Positions 48,930-59,553 of a stretch of 64,000 nt of DNA are shown piece after piece. Each line of letters opens with the position of its first letter. Position 1 is the stretch's first letter. Location of the stretch: assembly GCA_016187835.1 (NCBI GenBank), contig JACPIY010000079.1, positions 394-64,393 of the forward strand. The letters run 5' to 3'. The notes below the pieces were generated by a model. That model saw only the letters and a program-made list of their open reading frames with translations. It was not told where the DNA came from and did not search any database. The translations under genes and the position numbers were made by a program. This stretch comes from Deltaproteobacteria bacterium. GTDB taxonomy: Bacteria > Desulfobacterota_D > UBA1144 > Nemesobacterales > CSP1-2.

Positions 48930-50528
48930 ATGTACACAATTTTAGCTTTTCTCTTTGTGATAGGAATCTTAGTATTTATACATGAACTTGGACATTTCCT
49001 CATAGCAAAATGGTGCGGAGTAAGGGTGGAGAAATTCTCTCTGGGATTTGGAAAGAAAATCTTTGGATTTAAAAGCGGAGAGACCGAGTATCTAGTTTCC
49101 ATGCTTCCTCTGGGTGGTTATGTAAAAATGTACGGTGAAGGTGGAGAGGGAAATCTTATCGTGGATCATGTAGAAACTGGCTCAAAAGCCGAGAAAGCCG
49201 GATTTAAATCAGGGGATAAAATAACCGGCATCTATGGAATAGATCTTGTCTCTTTTTCAAGATGGAGCGAGCTGGAATACAGTTTAAGAAAAGTTCCTGA
49301 AAGAGAGTATGTATTTTCTATAGAAAGGGATGAAAAAAAACTAACTCTTAAATCCAAATTAGAAAACTTAGATGGAATAAAAGCGTTCTCAGAAAAAGAG
49401 TATGGTAGGAGTTTTTCTAATCAGTCTATATTAGAAAGATTAGGCATTGTTATTGCTGGTCCCTTTATGAATTTCCTACTTCCATTTCTCTTTTTCCCCA
49501 TAATTTTCATGCTTGGCATTGGTGTTTCAGCTTACCTAGAACAAACCCCTGTTATCGGTTATGTTGAGCCAAGCTCTCCAGCAAGCGAGGGAGGATTCAA
49601 GAAAGGAGATACAATCCTCCAAATAGATGGCAAAGATGTAAGAACCTGGAGGGACGCAAATATAGCTTTTCAATCAAATCCAGATGCCATCTTAAATGTA
49701 AAAGCTAAAAGAAACGGAGAGATAAAAACGTTTCAAGTTAAAGCAGCTTCCTCTCCGGAAGGAATTGTAGCTGTAGGTATCGCGGAACATCTTGATGCCA
49801 AGGTCGGAAGCGTAATGGTCGGAACCCCTGCAGATAGGGCGAGACTTAAAAAGGGAGACCAAATACTTTCTGTAAACGATACTAAAATTTCAGACTGGTA
49901 CCAGATGGCATCCATTATTAGAGGGAAAGTCAATGAAGAGATCACACTTCTTGTCAAGAGAGGAGATAATCAAATTGAAACTAAAATCTCTCCAGAACCA
50001 CTACAGGAAACCGGACAGGGAGCGATTGGAATTACCCCATATAGAGAAGAGATAGTAAAGAAGTACGGTTTTTTTGAATCTATTTTTCAAGGAATAAAAG
50101 AAGCAGCCGAAATGATAGTCGAAGTTACGGTACTGCTTTTTTCATTCATCTACAAGCTTATCACCGGCAAAATAGCTCTCGGAACTGCGGGAAAAAGCAT
50201 TGCCGGACCTCTTCTTATTGCTCAGGTTTCAGGCACGGCAGCAGAAAGCGGACTCGCTTCGCTTCTTCAGTTCACCTGTTTCATCAGCATCAACCTTGCT
50301 CTCATTAATCTCTTCCCCATTCCAATGCTAGATGGCGGACACGTGCTTTACCTTACAATAGAATCAATAAAGAAACGCCCGCTCAGTCAAAGAACACTTG
50401 AAATCAGCCAGCGTATAGGCTTTACCTTCTTAATCTTCATAATGTTTCTTGCTATTTACAATGATATTTCGAGGCTTAAAGGTACGATTATTGAATCTGT
50501 AAGCCGATTGATTGATGTGTTTAATTAG
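48930..50528 (+). CDS. rseP: RIP metalloprotease RseP (site-2 protease) with PDZ domains
   Basis: 'HELGHFL' zinc motif in TM1, PDZ segments, C-terminal 'LFPIPMLDGGH'. Start placed at ATG 48930 (RBS GGGAGAG). Confidence 0.85.
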   Translation: MYTILAFLFVIGILVFIHELGHFLIAKWCGVRVEKFSLGFGKKIFGFKSGETEYLVSMLPLGGYVKMYGEGGEGNLIVDHVETGSKAEKAGFKSGDKITGIYGIDLVSFSRWSELEYSLRKVPEREYVFSIERDEKKLTLKSKLENLDGIKAFSEKEYGRSFSNQSILERLGIVIAGPFMNFLLPFLFFPIIFMLGIGVSAYLEQTPVIGYVEPSSPASEGGFKKGDTILQIDGKDVRTWRDANIAFQSNPDAILNVKAKRNGEIKTFQVKAASSPEGIVAVGIAEHLDAKVGSVMVGTPADRARLKKGDQILSVNDTKISDWYQMASIIRGKVNEEITLLVKRGDNQIETKISPEPLQETGQGAIGITPYREEIVKKYGFFESIFQGIKEAAEMIVEVTVLLFSFIYKLITGKIALGTAGKSIAGPLLIAQVSGTAAESGLASLLQFTCFISINLALINLFPIPMLDGGHVLYLTIESIKKRPLSQRTLEISQRIGFTFLIFIMFLAIYNDISRLKGTIIESVSRLIDVFN

Positions 50529-50677
50529 CTGCCCAAACGTGGATTAAAGCATTATAATTAACGGATGATTAAGCGAGTAGACGCGTTTGTAAGGGAGTAT
50601 AGCAATAGTTCTCATCATAAGTTGACAAATTTTTGTGACTCGCCACTATTCCGAGCTTCTGTTAATTTCCTCCAAAA

Positions 50678-51580
50678 ATGAGAATCCTTCAACTTGGAAA
50701 AGACAACTGGGCGAGAACTCGTCCTACAAAAGAAGGCCTTACTTTTCTGATGCTTAGCTTGTTTGTAGGGTTTGCAGCCCTAAATACCGGGAATAATTTG
50801 CTCTATCTGACCTTTGGGATGATGCTTAGCTTCATCGCCGCTTCTGGAATCATATCCGTGATAAACCTTTCAAAGATTGAAGTAAAATTCGATCCCCCCG
50901 AAGACGTTTTTGCGTTAACTCCAGAACCGCTTAAGTTTTCTGTTAAAAACCTTAAAACCCTTATCCCATCCTACTCGCTGACAATTGATATAGAGGGGAA
51001 AAAAGCATTTCTTTCTCATCTTCCTCCTAAAGTTACAAAGACCACAGCAGTGGAATTTATTTTCAAACGCCGAGGATGGAACAAGGTTCCTGAGGCTGTA
51101 ATTTTCACAAGATTTCCTTTTGGTTTTTTTAAGAAATGGATAAGAGTTGACCTGGGCGATGAAGAAATTCTCGTCTATCCGAAGGTTGAAAAAATAGGCG
51201 TTGAAAAGGCCAAGTTCAAAGAGAGATTCGGCGAAATGGAATCGGACAGAAAAGGATTCGGTGACGATTTAAGGTCGCTTAGAATCTATAATGAAGGCGA
51301 TAATCCAAAACTCATCCACTGGAAAACTTCGGCTAAAATTGGAAAGCTAATGCTTCGAGAACTCCAGGATAATGAAACAAAAAGGGTTTTAATTCACTTC
51401 AACCCCACAAAAAGTGAAAGCGAGCTTGAACGTCAAATAACTCATACAGCTTCAACTATTTTAGAGCTACTAGAACGCAACTATGAAGTAGAGTTTATCG
51501 CTCCGGATAGGACGTTTTCTCCATCAGAAATTGACAGATTCCCAAGACCCGTTCTTAGATACCTTGCGCTTTTTACTTGA
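50678..51580 (+). CDS. DUF58-family protein
   Basis: Two N-terminal TM helices with 'NTGNNLLYL'. 'LRSLRIYNEGDNPKLIHWKTSAKIGKLMLRELQDNE' is a DUF58 signature. Confidence 0.6.
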   Translation: MRILQLGKDNWARTRPTKEGLTFLMLSLFVGFAALNTGNNLLYLTFGMMLSFIAASGIISVINLSKIEVKFDPPEDVFALTPEPLKFSVKNLKTLIPSYSLTIDIEGKKAFLSHLPPKVTKTTAVEFIFKRRGWNKVPEAVIFTRFPFGFFKKWIRVDLGDEEILVYPKVEKIGVEKAKFKERFGEMESDRKGFGDDLRSLRIYNEGDNPKLIHWKTSAKIGKLMLRELQDNETKRVLIHFNPTKSESELERQITHTASTILELLERNYEVEFIAPDRTFSPSEIDRFPRPVLRYLALFT

Positions 51581-51856
51581 TAAGTTGGTGAAGGCACTCG
51601 TCACATGCTCTGAGCTTTGCTCCAATAACATTGGCGGAGTAGAAGATAATAACGGGACTTTTGTGATAAAAAAACACCCCGATATGGCTTGGCATGAGCA
51701 TCCAACCGCCCCACAGCATTAAGGCGGCGGCAATGAAGACCATCCGGTCAAGTTTATTGCGAAGTCTCTTTTCATGCGGTTCTCCATGCTAAATGCTCAA
51801 CGGAGGAGTTCACATGCCGGTAGCCCAGAAAACATCTGACAAGATGGCCTGCCGTC

Positions 51857-52738
51857 CTAAATTGCTTCGAGAATGATACTGACCTTTGCTTTCCCTCTTG
51901 GGAACTGTGCCAACTCCACCAGACGCTCGGGTATTTGAATTCTTCGGCCATAACCAAAAGAGCCGACTACAGTGGGCCTATGTTTGTAGTCTTCGTGAAT
52001 CTGCTTATATGAACTCTGGAAAGACTTGAGGCTTTCCTCTTTCTCAATTTGATGAATGAGGCTAAACACCCACTTAGGTATAGATCCTCTCATTACTCTA
52101 TCCATCTCGCGTATTGCGTGAGCGCGATAGGTGGGTAAGTCAGCACAATTAACAAGCGCCTGGTTTCTGTGATTGTATGCCTGAGCATCATGGCAAACCA
52201 GAACCATAGTTGTGCCGAGAGATGTAGCCACTATTCTTGGCGATTGCCTCCCTTTGCGAGTGCTGAATCCTGCAAGCCAGTTCTGTTCTTCAAGAACTGG
52301 AAAGCTCTTCCATGCTACAGTTTTGATTTCTCCGCTGTTTAGAACTACTGCGAACTGGCCGCCACCTATTTCGTTCTTGTCGAACACATCTACGCCAATC
52401 ACGTAATCTCGCATTGAGCCTTTCAGTGTTTCGGCAACGGGCTTAACTCTCTCGCTGACAAGATTCGTTAGCTTGTCCAGAGTTCCTTTGGATTTCCACG
52501 ATTTTCTGGTGAAATGCTCATTGAGGCAGATTTCGATAAATCCACCACCACTGACTACAAGTCTTACCTTAGGTAGCATGGACACTTCGTCGTCGATGGC
52601 TTTGAGGATATTGCCCATCAATGGAATATCATCGCGGGGTATCCAAAGCGGATGTAGTAACTGAGCCACTGGGCCAGAATTTCCGACGATGCGAAACCTT
52701 AGTTTTGCATTGATGCGTTTACCAGCTTTAGCACCCAT
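51857..52738 (-). CDS. Hypothetical protein (293 aa), family not recognised
   Basis: Long ORF with no recognisable signature. Motifs 'VVSGGGFIEI' and 'VLVCHDAQAYNHRNQ'. Confidence 0.4.
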   Translation of the reverse strand: MGAKAGKRINAKLRFRIVGNSGPVAQLLHPLWIPRDDIPLMGNILKAIDDEVSMLPKVRLVVSGGGFIEICLNEHFTRKSWKSKGTLDKLTNLVSERVKPVAETLKGSMRDYVIGVDVFDKNEIGGGQFAVVLNSGEIKTVAWKSFPVLEEQNWLAGFSTRKGRQSPRIVATSLGTTMVLVCHDAQAYNHRNQALVNCADLPTYRAHAIREMDRVMRGSIPKWVFSLIHQIEKEESLKSFQSSYKQIHEDYKHRPTVVGSFGYGRRIQIPERLVELAQFPRGKAKVSIILEAI

Positions 52739-52879
52739 GAGTTGGTGATCCCCAGGAGTTTCCCGCTATGTGCTACCGATAGCACTCTAACTAATAATTC
52801 GCCTGCATAAATGCAGTATAACATCCGAAACGGCACGTTATACTGCAAACCGTTGCTTTACACAATTCACGAGCGGATT

Positions 52880-53599
52880 CTAACTCAACGTCTCTCCCGG
52901 CTTAAGAGCTATGATCTCCATGTCCTTCATGTCTTTTGTAAGCTCTCTAAGCTGCTCAGGAGTTCCTGTAAGCAGCGGGAACGTGGCGTAGTGCATGGGA
53001 ATTACGTACTTGGGATTAAGGAAACGACATGCGTATGAGGCTTCCTGCGGAGACATAGTAAAAAGATCTCCAATCGGAATCATGACAAGCTCAGGTTTAT
53101 AGATTTCTGCAATTAGCTTCATGTCGCTAAATACTGCGGTGTCTCCAGAATGGTATGCTCTAAATCCGTTTTCAAACTCTATGACATAACCCACAGCTTC
53201 TCCGCCATAGATGATTTTTCCGTCATCGTCCTGTATGCCGCAGCTATGGTCTGCATGAACCATCGCGAATTTAATCCCGTCCACCGCCTGCGTGCCGCCC
53301 TTATTCATTGGCATGATCCCTTCAACACCCTTTGAGTTGACCCAGACGCAGGTCTCATAAATCCCGACCACTTTGGGATTGTGCTCTTTCCCTAGAGCTA
53401 CTGCATCGCCGATGTGGTCGAAGTGGGCATGTGTTATTGCCATGATGTCAATCTTATCGAATTTCTTATGATTCTCGGGGCATGCTGGGTTTCCCTGAAC
53501 CCAGGGGTCTATAACTATGGTTTTACCCACAGGGGATTTTATCTTAAAAGTAGAATGCCCCAAGTATGTAATTTCAACACCTCGATTGAGTTTTTTCAT
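52880..53599 (-). CDS. MBL-fold metal-dependent hydrolase (UPF0173-like)
   Basis: 'ITHAHFDHIGD' zinc motif. Start set at the internal ATG with RBS GGAGGGAG (MKKLNRGVEITYLGHSTF...). Confidence 0.8.
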   Translation of the reverse strand: MKKLNRGVEITYLGHSTFKIKSPVGKTIVIDPWVQGNPACPENHKKFDKIDIMAITHAHFDHIGDAVALGKEHNPKVVGIYETCVWVNSKGVEGIMPMNKGGTQAVDGIKFAMVHADHSCGIQDDDGKIIYGGEAVGYVIEFENGFRAYHSGDTAVFSDMKLIAEIYKPELVMIPIGDLFTMSPQEASYACRFLNPKYVIPMHYATFPLLTGTPEQLRELTKDMKDMEIIALKPGETLS

Positions 53600-53856
53600 T
53601 TTCTCCCTCCGTACTGTTTGATTTTCAGAGTATTTTAAATTAACCACATTGATAGAAACATTGCAACCTAAGTTTTTCGGCATTCAGCGCTTTATATTTA
53701 GAAATTCCATTTGCTGATTTCCAGATTTTTGATTTACCTTTTAGACAAGATAGGTATTAGAATACATAATCCGAGACTCGCAATCTCTTAAATTTCACTT
53801 GAACTCTTACTAGCTAAAGCTTACTATTTAATTAATCGAATCCGTGCCGAGACAAA

Positions 53857-54735
53857 ATGAAGGGTAAAGAAAAATACTTACTTATACTTGTAGAAGTATT
53901 GATTTTGCTTCTCATAACTTACTCACACATACCAGCATGGATAGATAAAGGATACGCAGATATAGAATCCTGTTCTTCTGTAAAATTAGAGACAATCACT
54001 CCAGATACTCTTCGTTCTCTCAGCTTCAATGAGCGTATCAAATGGTACGAAAATAGGCTTTCACCCTGCAGACTGCCACTAAAAGAGAGCTCAGCGCGCA
54101 ATAATATACCAACGATTCTTCTTTCTACGATAATACTCAATGAGCTTGCCGATATAAACCTTCTTGATCTTGGTCAGGAATGGATTGGTGTGGAAAAGGG
54201 CTCGGTAGGAATTGCCCAAATTCAGATTGATACTGCGATGTTTCACAAACTGGTTGACGTCAGAGAGGAAGAAATTGATAAATATCAAAACTCAACCGAA
54301 GCCACACAAAGATTCGGAGGGAAGAAACCATCAAGGAATCAGGCACTAAGGATTCTCATTGCCCAAAAACTCATGCATCCCGAGATCGCAATCGAAGCAG
54401 CGGCAAGAGAAATTAAAAAAATACTCGAAAACATCAAAGCCTGCTCTCCTAGTCCATGGATAAATAACTTCCTCACAGGAAAAATCAATCTTACGAATCA
54501 CAATCCAAACCAAATCTATAAATTCATAAAAGGTAAGACTCAAAGAGAAAAAAATATTAATCTCGCACGAATGATTGCCGCTCCTTACAACTCCTCAGGA
54601 ATTGAGTGCGTGGAGAATCCGGGAAATCCTTTTTCTCCAGACGATAGTGGTCCATTTGCAAACCCAAGAAAACGTAGCGACGCAGCAGCCCTTATAGCCA
54701 GTGATTTATTCGACGGTAATTTGTTTAATAATTAG
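53857..54735 (+). CDS. Membrane-anchored protein, possibly lytic-transglycosylase (SLT)-like
   Basis: N-terminal TM. 'EKGSVGIAQIQIDTA' resembles the SLT motif ES...GLMQI...TA. Weak. Confidence 0.35.
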   Translation: MKGKEKYLLILVEVLILLLITYSHIPAWIDKGYADIESCSSVKLETITPDTLRSLSFNERIKWYENRLSPCRLPLKESSARNNIPTILLSTIILNELADINLLDLGQEWIGVEKGSVGIAQIQIDTAMFHKLVDVREEEIDKYQNSTEATQRFGGKKPSRNQALRILIAQKLMHPEIAIEAAAREIKKILENIKACSPSPWINNFLTGKINLTNHNPNQIYKFIKGKTQREKNINLARMIAAPYNSSGIECVENPGNPFSPDDSGPFANPRKRSDAAALIASDLFDGNLFNN

Positions 54736-54886
54736 GACTTCTACTTATTACAACTTTTGTGAATCCATACATTGAATGCCTTAACCATTCTAAACTCTAT
54801 TGAAAATAACTTACTTTAAAAGGAAATGAATCTTTTCAGCTTATATTTCATAATCTTTTAATGCAAAGTTAAACTAAACTTTAGTT

Positions 54887-55300
54887 ATGAACTACGAAAT
54901 ACTCGACCACACTGCAGATGTATGTGTCAGGGTTTACGGAAAATCCTTTGACGAGCTCCTTAGAAACGCTGCATACGCCATGATGGAGTTGATTACGGAT
55001 AGAGAAAAAATAATCCCGTCTCAAAAAATAGAGATCAAAACCAAAGGAGAAACAAAAGAGGAACTCCTGGTTCATTGGCTTGGAGACATCCTATATCTTC
55101 ATCAAGCAAAGAAAATGGTTTTTAGAGATTTTGAGGTACATATAATCAGTGAGACTCAAGTAAAAGGAAAAGCCTTCGGTGAAAAAATTGATTTAGAAAA
55201 ACATGAGCTCTCTTCAGATATTAAAGCTGTCACCTATCATAATTTGAAAATAGAGACTCTGGATAATGGACTAAAAGTAGATATAGTATTTGATATATAG
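54887..55300 (+). CDS. Archease (RtcB activator)
   Basis: 'MNYEILDHTADVCVRVYGKSFDELLRNAAYAMMELI' archease N-terminus. Length 137 aa. Confidence 0.8.
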   Translation: MNYEILDHTADVCVRVYGKSFDELLRNAAYAMMELITDREKIIPSQKIEIKTKGETKEELLVHWLGDILYLHQAKKMVFRDFEVHIISETQVKGKAFGEKIDLEKHELSSDIKAVTYHNLKIETLDNGLKVDIVFDI

Positions 55301-55363
55301 TAAGTATTCAGCCACGAAAATGCGGGGTTGTAGGTCGGGCATTTCGGCGAAGCCAATTGACAC

Positions 55364-55447
55364 AGATACAGGATCCAGGATACAAGATGCATGTAAAAAC
55401 TTTCGTGAATTATGCATCATACATCGTGCATCATGAATCTTGCATCA
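55364..55447. repeat. Dispersed heptamer-tandem intergenic element, copy C
   Basis: 'gatacag gatccag gatacaa gatgcat g...atcgtg catcatg aatcttg catca', same orientation as copy B. Confidence 0.55.
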
Positions 55448-55474
55448 ATATCTTAACATGGGGCGATCAGGGTT

Positions 55475-56920
55475 ATGAACGAAGAAATAAAGCTTGAAAA
55501 AATACACGACTATCTCTGGGAAATACCACAAAAAGGCGGGATGAGGGTACCGGGAAGGGTATATACAAACGAAAAGATGCTAAGAGACATTCGACAGGAT
55601 AAATCGCTTGAACAAGTAGTGAATGTGGCGCATCTGCCGGGAATTCAAAAATATTCAATTGCTATGCCCGATATTCACTGGGGGTACGGGTTTCCAATAG
55701 GAGGAATTGCCGCAATGAATGTCGAAGAGGGAGTAATTTCTCCGGGAGGTGTCGGTTATGACATAAACTGCGGTGTAAGACTCATGGCGACAAATCTAAC
55801 GGAAGAAGAAGTAAGACCAAAACTGAGAGACCTTGTGACAGAACTCTTTAGTTGCGTCCCATGCGGGGTTGGTGTAAGCGGTAAGATAAAGCTGTCCAAT
55901 AAAGATTACAAAGAGCTTATAGAAAAAGGAGCGAAATGGGCAATCGAAAGAGGATGGGGAGATAGAGAGGATTTGGAAAGGATTGAGGATCATGGATCGT
56001 TTCGAGGGGGAGACGTGGACACTATCAGCAAAAAAGCCCTTGAAAGAGGAAAGGACGCGATAGGAACGCTGGGCTCTGGTAATCATTTTCTTGAGGTTGA
56101 CGTCGTAGATCAAATCTATAAACCCGGAGTTGCCGATGCCTTCGGACTTTTTAAAGACCAAGTATGCGTTCAGATTCACTGTGGCTCTAGGGGATTTGGC
56201 CATCAAATATGCACGGATTACATAGACATAATGCTCTCCTATATGAGAAAAGAAGGAATTAATCTCCCAGATAAACAACTAGCCTGCGCTCATATTAAAT
56301 CGGAAGAAGGAAGGGATTATCTTTCGGCTTTCGCAGCGGCTGTTAACTACGCATGGGCAAACAGACAGATCATCATGGCTTTTGCCAGAGATGCGTTCTA
56401 CAGTGTATTTCGGATAGGACCAAGGGAACTAGGAGGACATCTTGTCTATGATGTAAGCCACAACATTGCAAAGTTTGAAGAACATAAAATCAATGGAAAG
56501 ACCAAAAAGGTATGCGTTCATAGAAAAGGAGCAACAAGGGCTTTCCCTAAAAATCATCCGTTAATACCAGAAATCTATAGAGAAGTGGGACAGCCGGTGT
56601 TTATCCCCGGAGATATGGGAAGGGCTTCTTTTGTCCTTGTAGGAACTGAGGCAACACTTGATGAAACGTTTGGATCATGCTGTCATGGAGCAGGAAGAGT
56701 GCTCTCAAGGAAAAAAGCCTTAAAAAGCGGAAAAGGTAGAAACCTTTTTGCCGAACTTGAGGGGAAGGGTATTATTGCTATGGCAAGAGGAAAAAGAACT
56801 GTGGCTGAAGAAATGCCTGAGGCCTATAAAGAGGTAGAAGACGTTTGCGATGTTGTGCAGAATGCTGGGATCGCCGAAAAGGTGGCAAGACTAAGACCCA
56901 TAGGAGTCATAAAGGGATAA
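55475..56920 (+). CDS. rtcB: RNA-splicing ligase RtcB
   Basis: 'DIHWGYGFPIGG', 'NCGVR', 'HCGSRGFGHQ', 'HNH/HN' metal-binding motifs. 481 aa. Confidence 0.9.
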   Translation: MNEEIKLEKIHDYLWEIPQKGGMRVPGRVYTNEKMLRDIRQDKSLEQVVNVAHLPGIQKYSIAMPDIHWGYGFPIGGIAAMNVEEGVISPGGVGYDINCGVRLMATNLTEEEVRPKLRDLVTELFSCVPCGVGVSGKIKLSNKDYKELIEKGAKWAIERGWGDREDLERIEDHGSFRGGDVDTISKKALERGKDAIGTLGSGNHFLEVDVVDQIYKPGVADAFGLFKDQVCVQIHCGSRGFGHQICTDYIDIMLSYMRKEGINLPDKQLACAHIKSEEGRDYLSAFAAAVNYAWANRQIIMAFARDAFYSVFRIGPRELGGHLVYDVSHNIAKFEEHKINGKTKKVCVHRKGATRAFPKNHPLIPEIYREVGQPVFIPGDMGRASFVLVGTEATLDETFGSCCHGAGRVLSRKKALKSGKGRNLFAELEGKGIIAMARGKRTVAEEMPEAYKEVEDVCDVVQNAGIAEKVARLRPIGVIKG

Positions 56921-56926
56921 AAAATC

Positions 56927-58204
56927 ATGCTCGATGCAAAATTTATACGGGAGAATCTAGATTATGTAAAGAAAAAAATAGAGGAGCGCGGAACTCGGAT
57001 AGATCTCGACAAATTCTTAATACTCGATGAAGAGAGAAGGAGGATAATACAAGAGGTCGAAGAGCTTGAGCATAAAAGGAACAGGGGTTCAAAGAAGGTA
57101 GGAGAACTAAAAAGACAAAGAAAAGACGATGAATCCGAATGGCTTCAGATGGAGCTTAAGGGAATCTCGGAAAAGATCAAAGAATTCGGCGAAAAAAGAA
57201 ACCAGGTTGAAGAAGACTTTAAGGACTTTCTTTTGAATGTTCCCAATATACCAAATGATTCCGTTCCTTATGGTAAAGACTCCTCAGATAATCTTGAGAT
57301 AAGACGGTGGAGCCGCCCAAGGGAGTTTGATTTCAACCCGATAGACCACGTAGAGATTGGTAAGAAGCTGGATATTCTTGATCTGGAAAGAGCTTCAAAG
57401 ATTGCAGGGGCGAGATTTGCCCTTTATAAAGGTCTTGGTGCCAGGCTTGAAAGGGCACTTATCAATTTCATGCTTGATCTCCACATAAATGAACACGGCT
57501 ACACCGAAGTCCTGCCGCCTTTTATGGCGAATCGGGATAGCTTCATCGGAACAGGAAACCTTCCTAAATTTGAAGAGGAATTATTCAAAATAGAAGAGAC
57601 GGAACTCTTTTTGGTTCCCACGGCCGAAGTACCGGTAACAAATATTCACAGAGATGAGATATTAAGTGAGGAAGAGCTTACTAAAAAATACGTGGCGTAC
57701 ACGCCCTGCTTTAGAAAAGAAGCCGGCTCTTATGGAAAAGACGTGAGAGGTATTATAAGACAACACCAGTTCAATAAAGTCGAGCTGGTAAAATTCGCAA
57801 CCCCGGAAAGTTCCTACGATGAGCTTGAATCCCTGACGAAAGATGCCGCTATTGTTCTTGAACTTCTTGAACTCCCTCATCGAATCGCGCTGCTATGCAC
57901 TGGTGATATGGGATTTTCGTCCGCAAAAACCTACGATATAGAAGTCTGGATTCCAAGTGAAAACACGTATAGGGAAATTTCTTCTTGCAGCAATTGTGAA
58001 GATTTTCAGGCAAGAAGAGCTGGCATTAGATATCGGCCAAAAGAGGGCGGGAAACCGAGATTCCTCCACACACTAAACGGCTCAGGGCTTGCCGTGGGAA
58101 GAGCCGTTGTTGCAATACTTGAAAATTACCAAGAGTCCGATGTTTCGGTCAAAATACCAAAAGTTCTCGTTCCCTATATGGGCGGTGTGGAGAGAATCTC
58201 ATAA
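56927..58204 (+). CDS. serS: Serine--tRNA ligase
   Basis: N-terminal coiled-coil arm and class II core ('[28 protein letters not shown]'). Confidence 0.9.
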   Translation: MLDAKFIRENLDYVKKKIEERGTRIDLDKFLILDEERRRIIQEVEELEHKRNRGSKKVGELKRQRKDDESEWLQMELKGISEKIKEFGEKRNQVEEDFKDFLLNVPNIPNDSVPYGKDSSDNLEIRRWSRPREFDFNPIDHVEIGKKLDILDLERASKIAGARFALYKGLGARLERALINFMLDLHINEHGYTEVLPPFMANRDSFIGTGNLPKFEEELFKIEETELFLVPTAEVPVTNIHRDEILSEEELTKKYVAYTPCFRKEAGSYGKDVRGIIRQHQFNKVELVKFATPESSYDELESLTKDAAIVLELLELPHRIALLCTGDMGFSSAKTYDIEVWIPSENTYREISSCSNCEDFQARRAGIRYRPKEGGKPRFLHTLNGSGLAVGRAVVAILENYQESDVSVKIPKVLVPYMGGVERIS

Positions 58205-58331
58205 TCGTTTTGCTACTAAGGCACAAAAGCATATAGGAGTGAGGAGTAAAATTTAAAGATCTCTATTCTACTTCCTGATTTCTATCTTCCTGTCTTAGTG
58301 TCTTTGTGGCCGAGAATCTATTAAACCTACT

Positions 58332-59477
58332 TTGATGAATAAGTCACACACTGACTATGACGTAATTATCGTAGGAGCGGGTCCCGCAGGCGGGATGTGT
58401 GCCTATGAACTCTCAAAGAGAAATTTAAGCATACTTATACTGGACAAAGAGAAACTTCCGAGATACAAAGTCTGCGCAGGCGGACTGACAAAAAAAGCAG
58501 TTGACCTTTTGCCGGAGGACTTGCAGGACATAGCAGAAAACCACACTTATAACGTCCTTTTAACCCTTAATCACAGATGGGGATTCTCAAAGACAACCTC
58601 TTTTCCCATAGTAACTATGGTAATGAGAGAAAAGTTCGATTACTTTCTAGTCCAAAAATCTGTAGATAATGGCGCTCGCCTTCTCGATCAGACAAAAATC
58701 ATTTTAGCGGAAGAACTTTCGGATTGCGTCCTTGTAAAGACGGAGAAAGGAAATTTTAAATCAAAGGTAATTGTTGGGGCGGATGGTGTTACTAGCTCTG
58801 TTGGGCGCTGCCTTGGACTCAGAAAAAAACCAAGGCTCGGCGTTGCCATAGAGGGAGAGATTTTTCCAAATAACAATGCCAACGATCTATCCAAATACAA
58901 TAGGTCTCTCCACCTTGATTTTAATGTCATCCCCAAAGGTTACGGCTGGATCTTTCCCAAAAAAGACCACCTTTCTGTTGGAGTGTTTACAACTCTGCAA
59001 AAAATCAAAGATATAAAAAAATATTTTTCTCTTTACATAGATAGAAAGGGCCTTACTAAAAACTACTCCTGTCGGTCCCTTATAGGACACCAGATTCCAA
59101 TAGGAGGAAGGTCTGAGATTCTAAACACGAAAAGAGGACTACTCATAGGAGATGCCGCAGGACTTGCCGATCCGATAACAGGGGAAGGTATATACTTTGG
59201 GCTCAGAAGCGGGCAAATAGCGGCAGAAGCAATTCATAAAAGCTTGACGAGATACTCTTTCAGCCTGGATGTATATACAAAAACGGTTAAGGATGAAATT
59301 ATAAACAACTTTAGGTACGGAGGTTATTTGGCAATACTTCTTTATACCCTGAGCTTTATCGCATACAACTTAGGAAGAAAGAGTGACCTAATAATTGCAA
59401 CCTTCATCAAGACTGTCACAGGTGAACTTTCATACACAGATATCTTTACAAAATACCTGAAAAAATATTTAAGTTAG
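58332..59477 (+). CDS. FAD-dependent geranylgeranyl reductase family oxidoreductase
   Basis: 'YDVIIVGAGPAGGMCA' dinucleotide motif. 'CAGGL' and 'GDAAGLADPITGEGI' are typical of GGR-family enzymes. Confidence 0.7.
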   Translation: MMNKSHTDYDVIIVGAGPAGGMCAYELSKRNLSILILDKEKLPRYKVCAGGLTKKAVDLLPEDLQDIAENHTYNVLLTLNHRWGFSKTTSFPIVTMVMREKFDYFLVQKSVDNGARLLDQTKIILAEELSDCVLVKTEKGNFKSKVIVGADGVTSSVGRCLGLRKKPRLGVAIEGEIFPNNNANDLSKYNRSLHLDFNVIPKGYGWIFPKKDHLSVGVFTTLQKIKDIKKYFSLYIDRKGLTKNYSCRSLIGHQIPIGGRSEILNTKRGLLIGDAAGLADPITGEGIYFGLRSGQIAAEAIHKSLTRYSFSLDVYTKTVKDEIINNFRYGGYLAILLYTLSFIAYNLGRKSDLIIATFIKTVTGELSYTDIFTKYLKKYLS

Positions 59478-59553
59478 CTCTCCCAGCAGGACAGATCATT
59501 AGATAATATTCCTTTGTGCAAAAGAGGCGCTGCACTATTTCGATGAATTTTGA

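Noticed and set aside
52880-53683. ORF-track 267-aa version of the MBL hydrolase
   Set aside because: The internal ATG at 53599 has a strong RBS and gives the canonical N-terminus. The upstream 28 codons are likely not translated.
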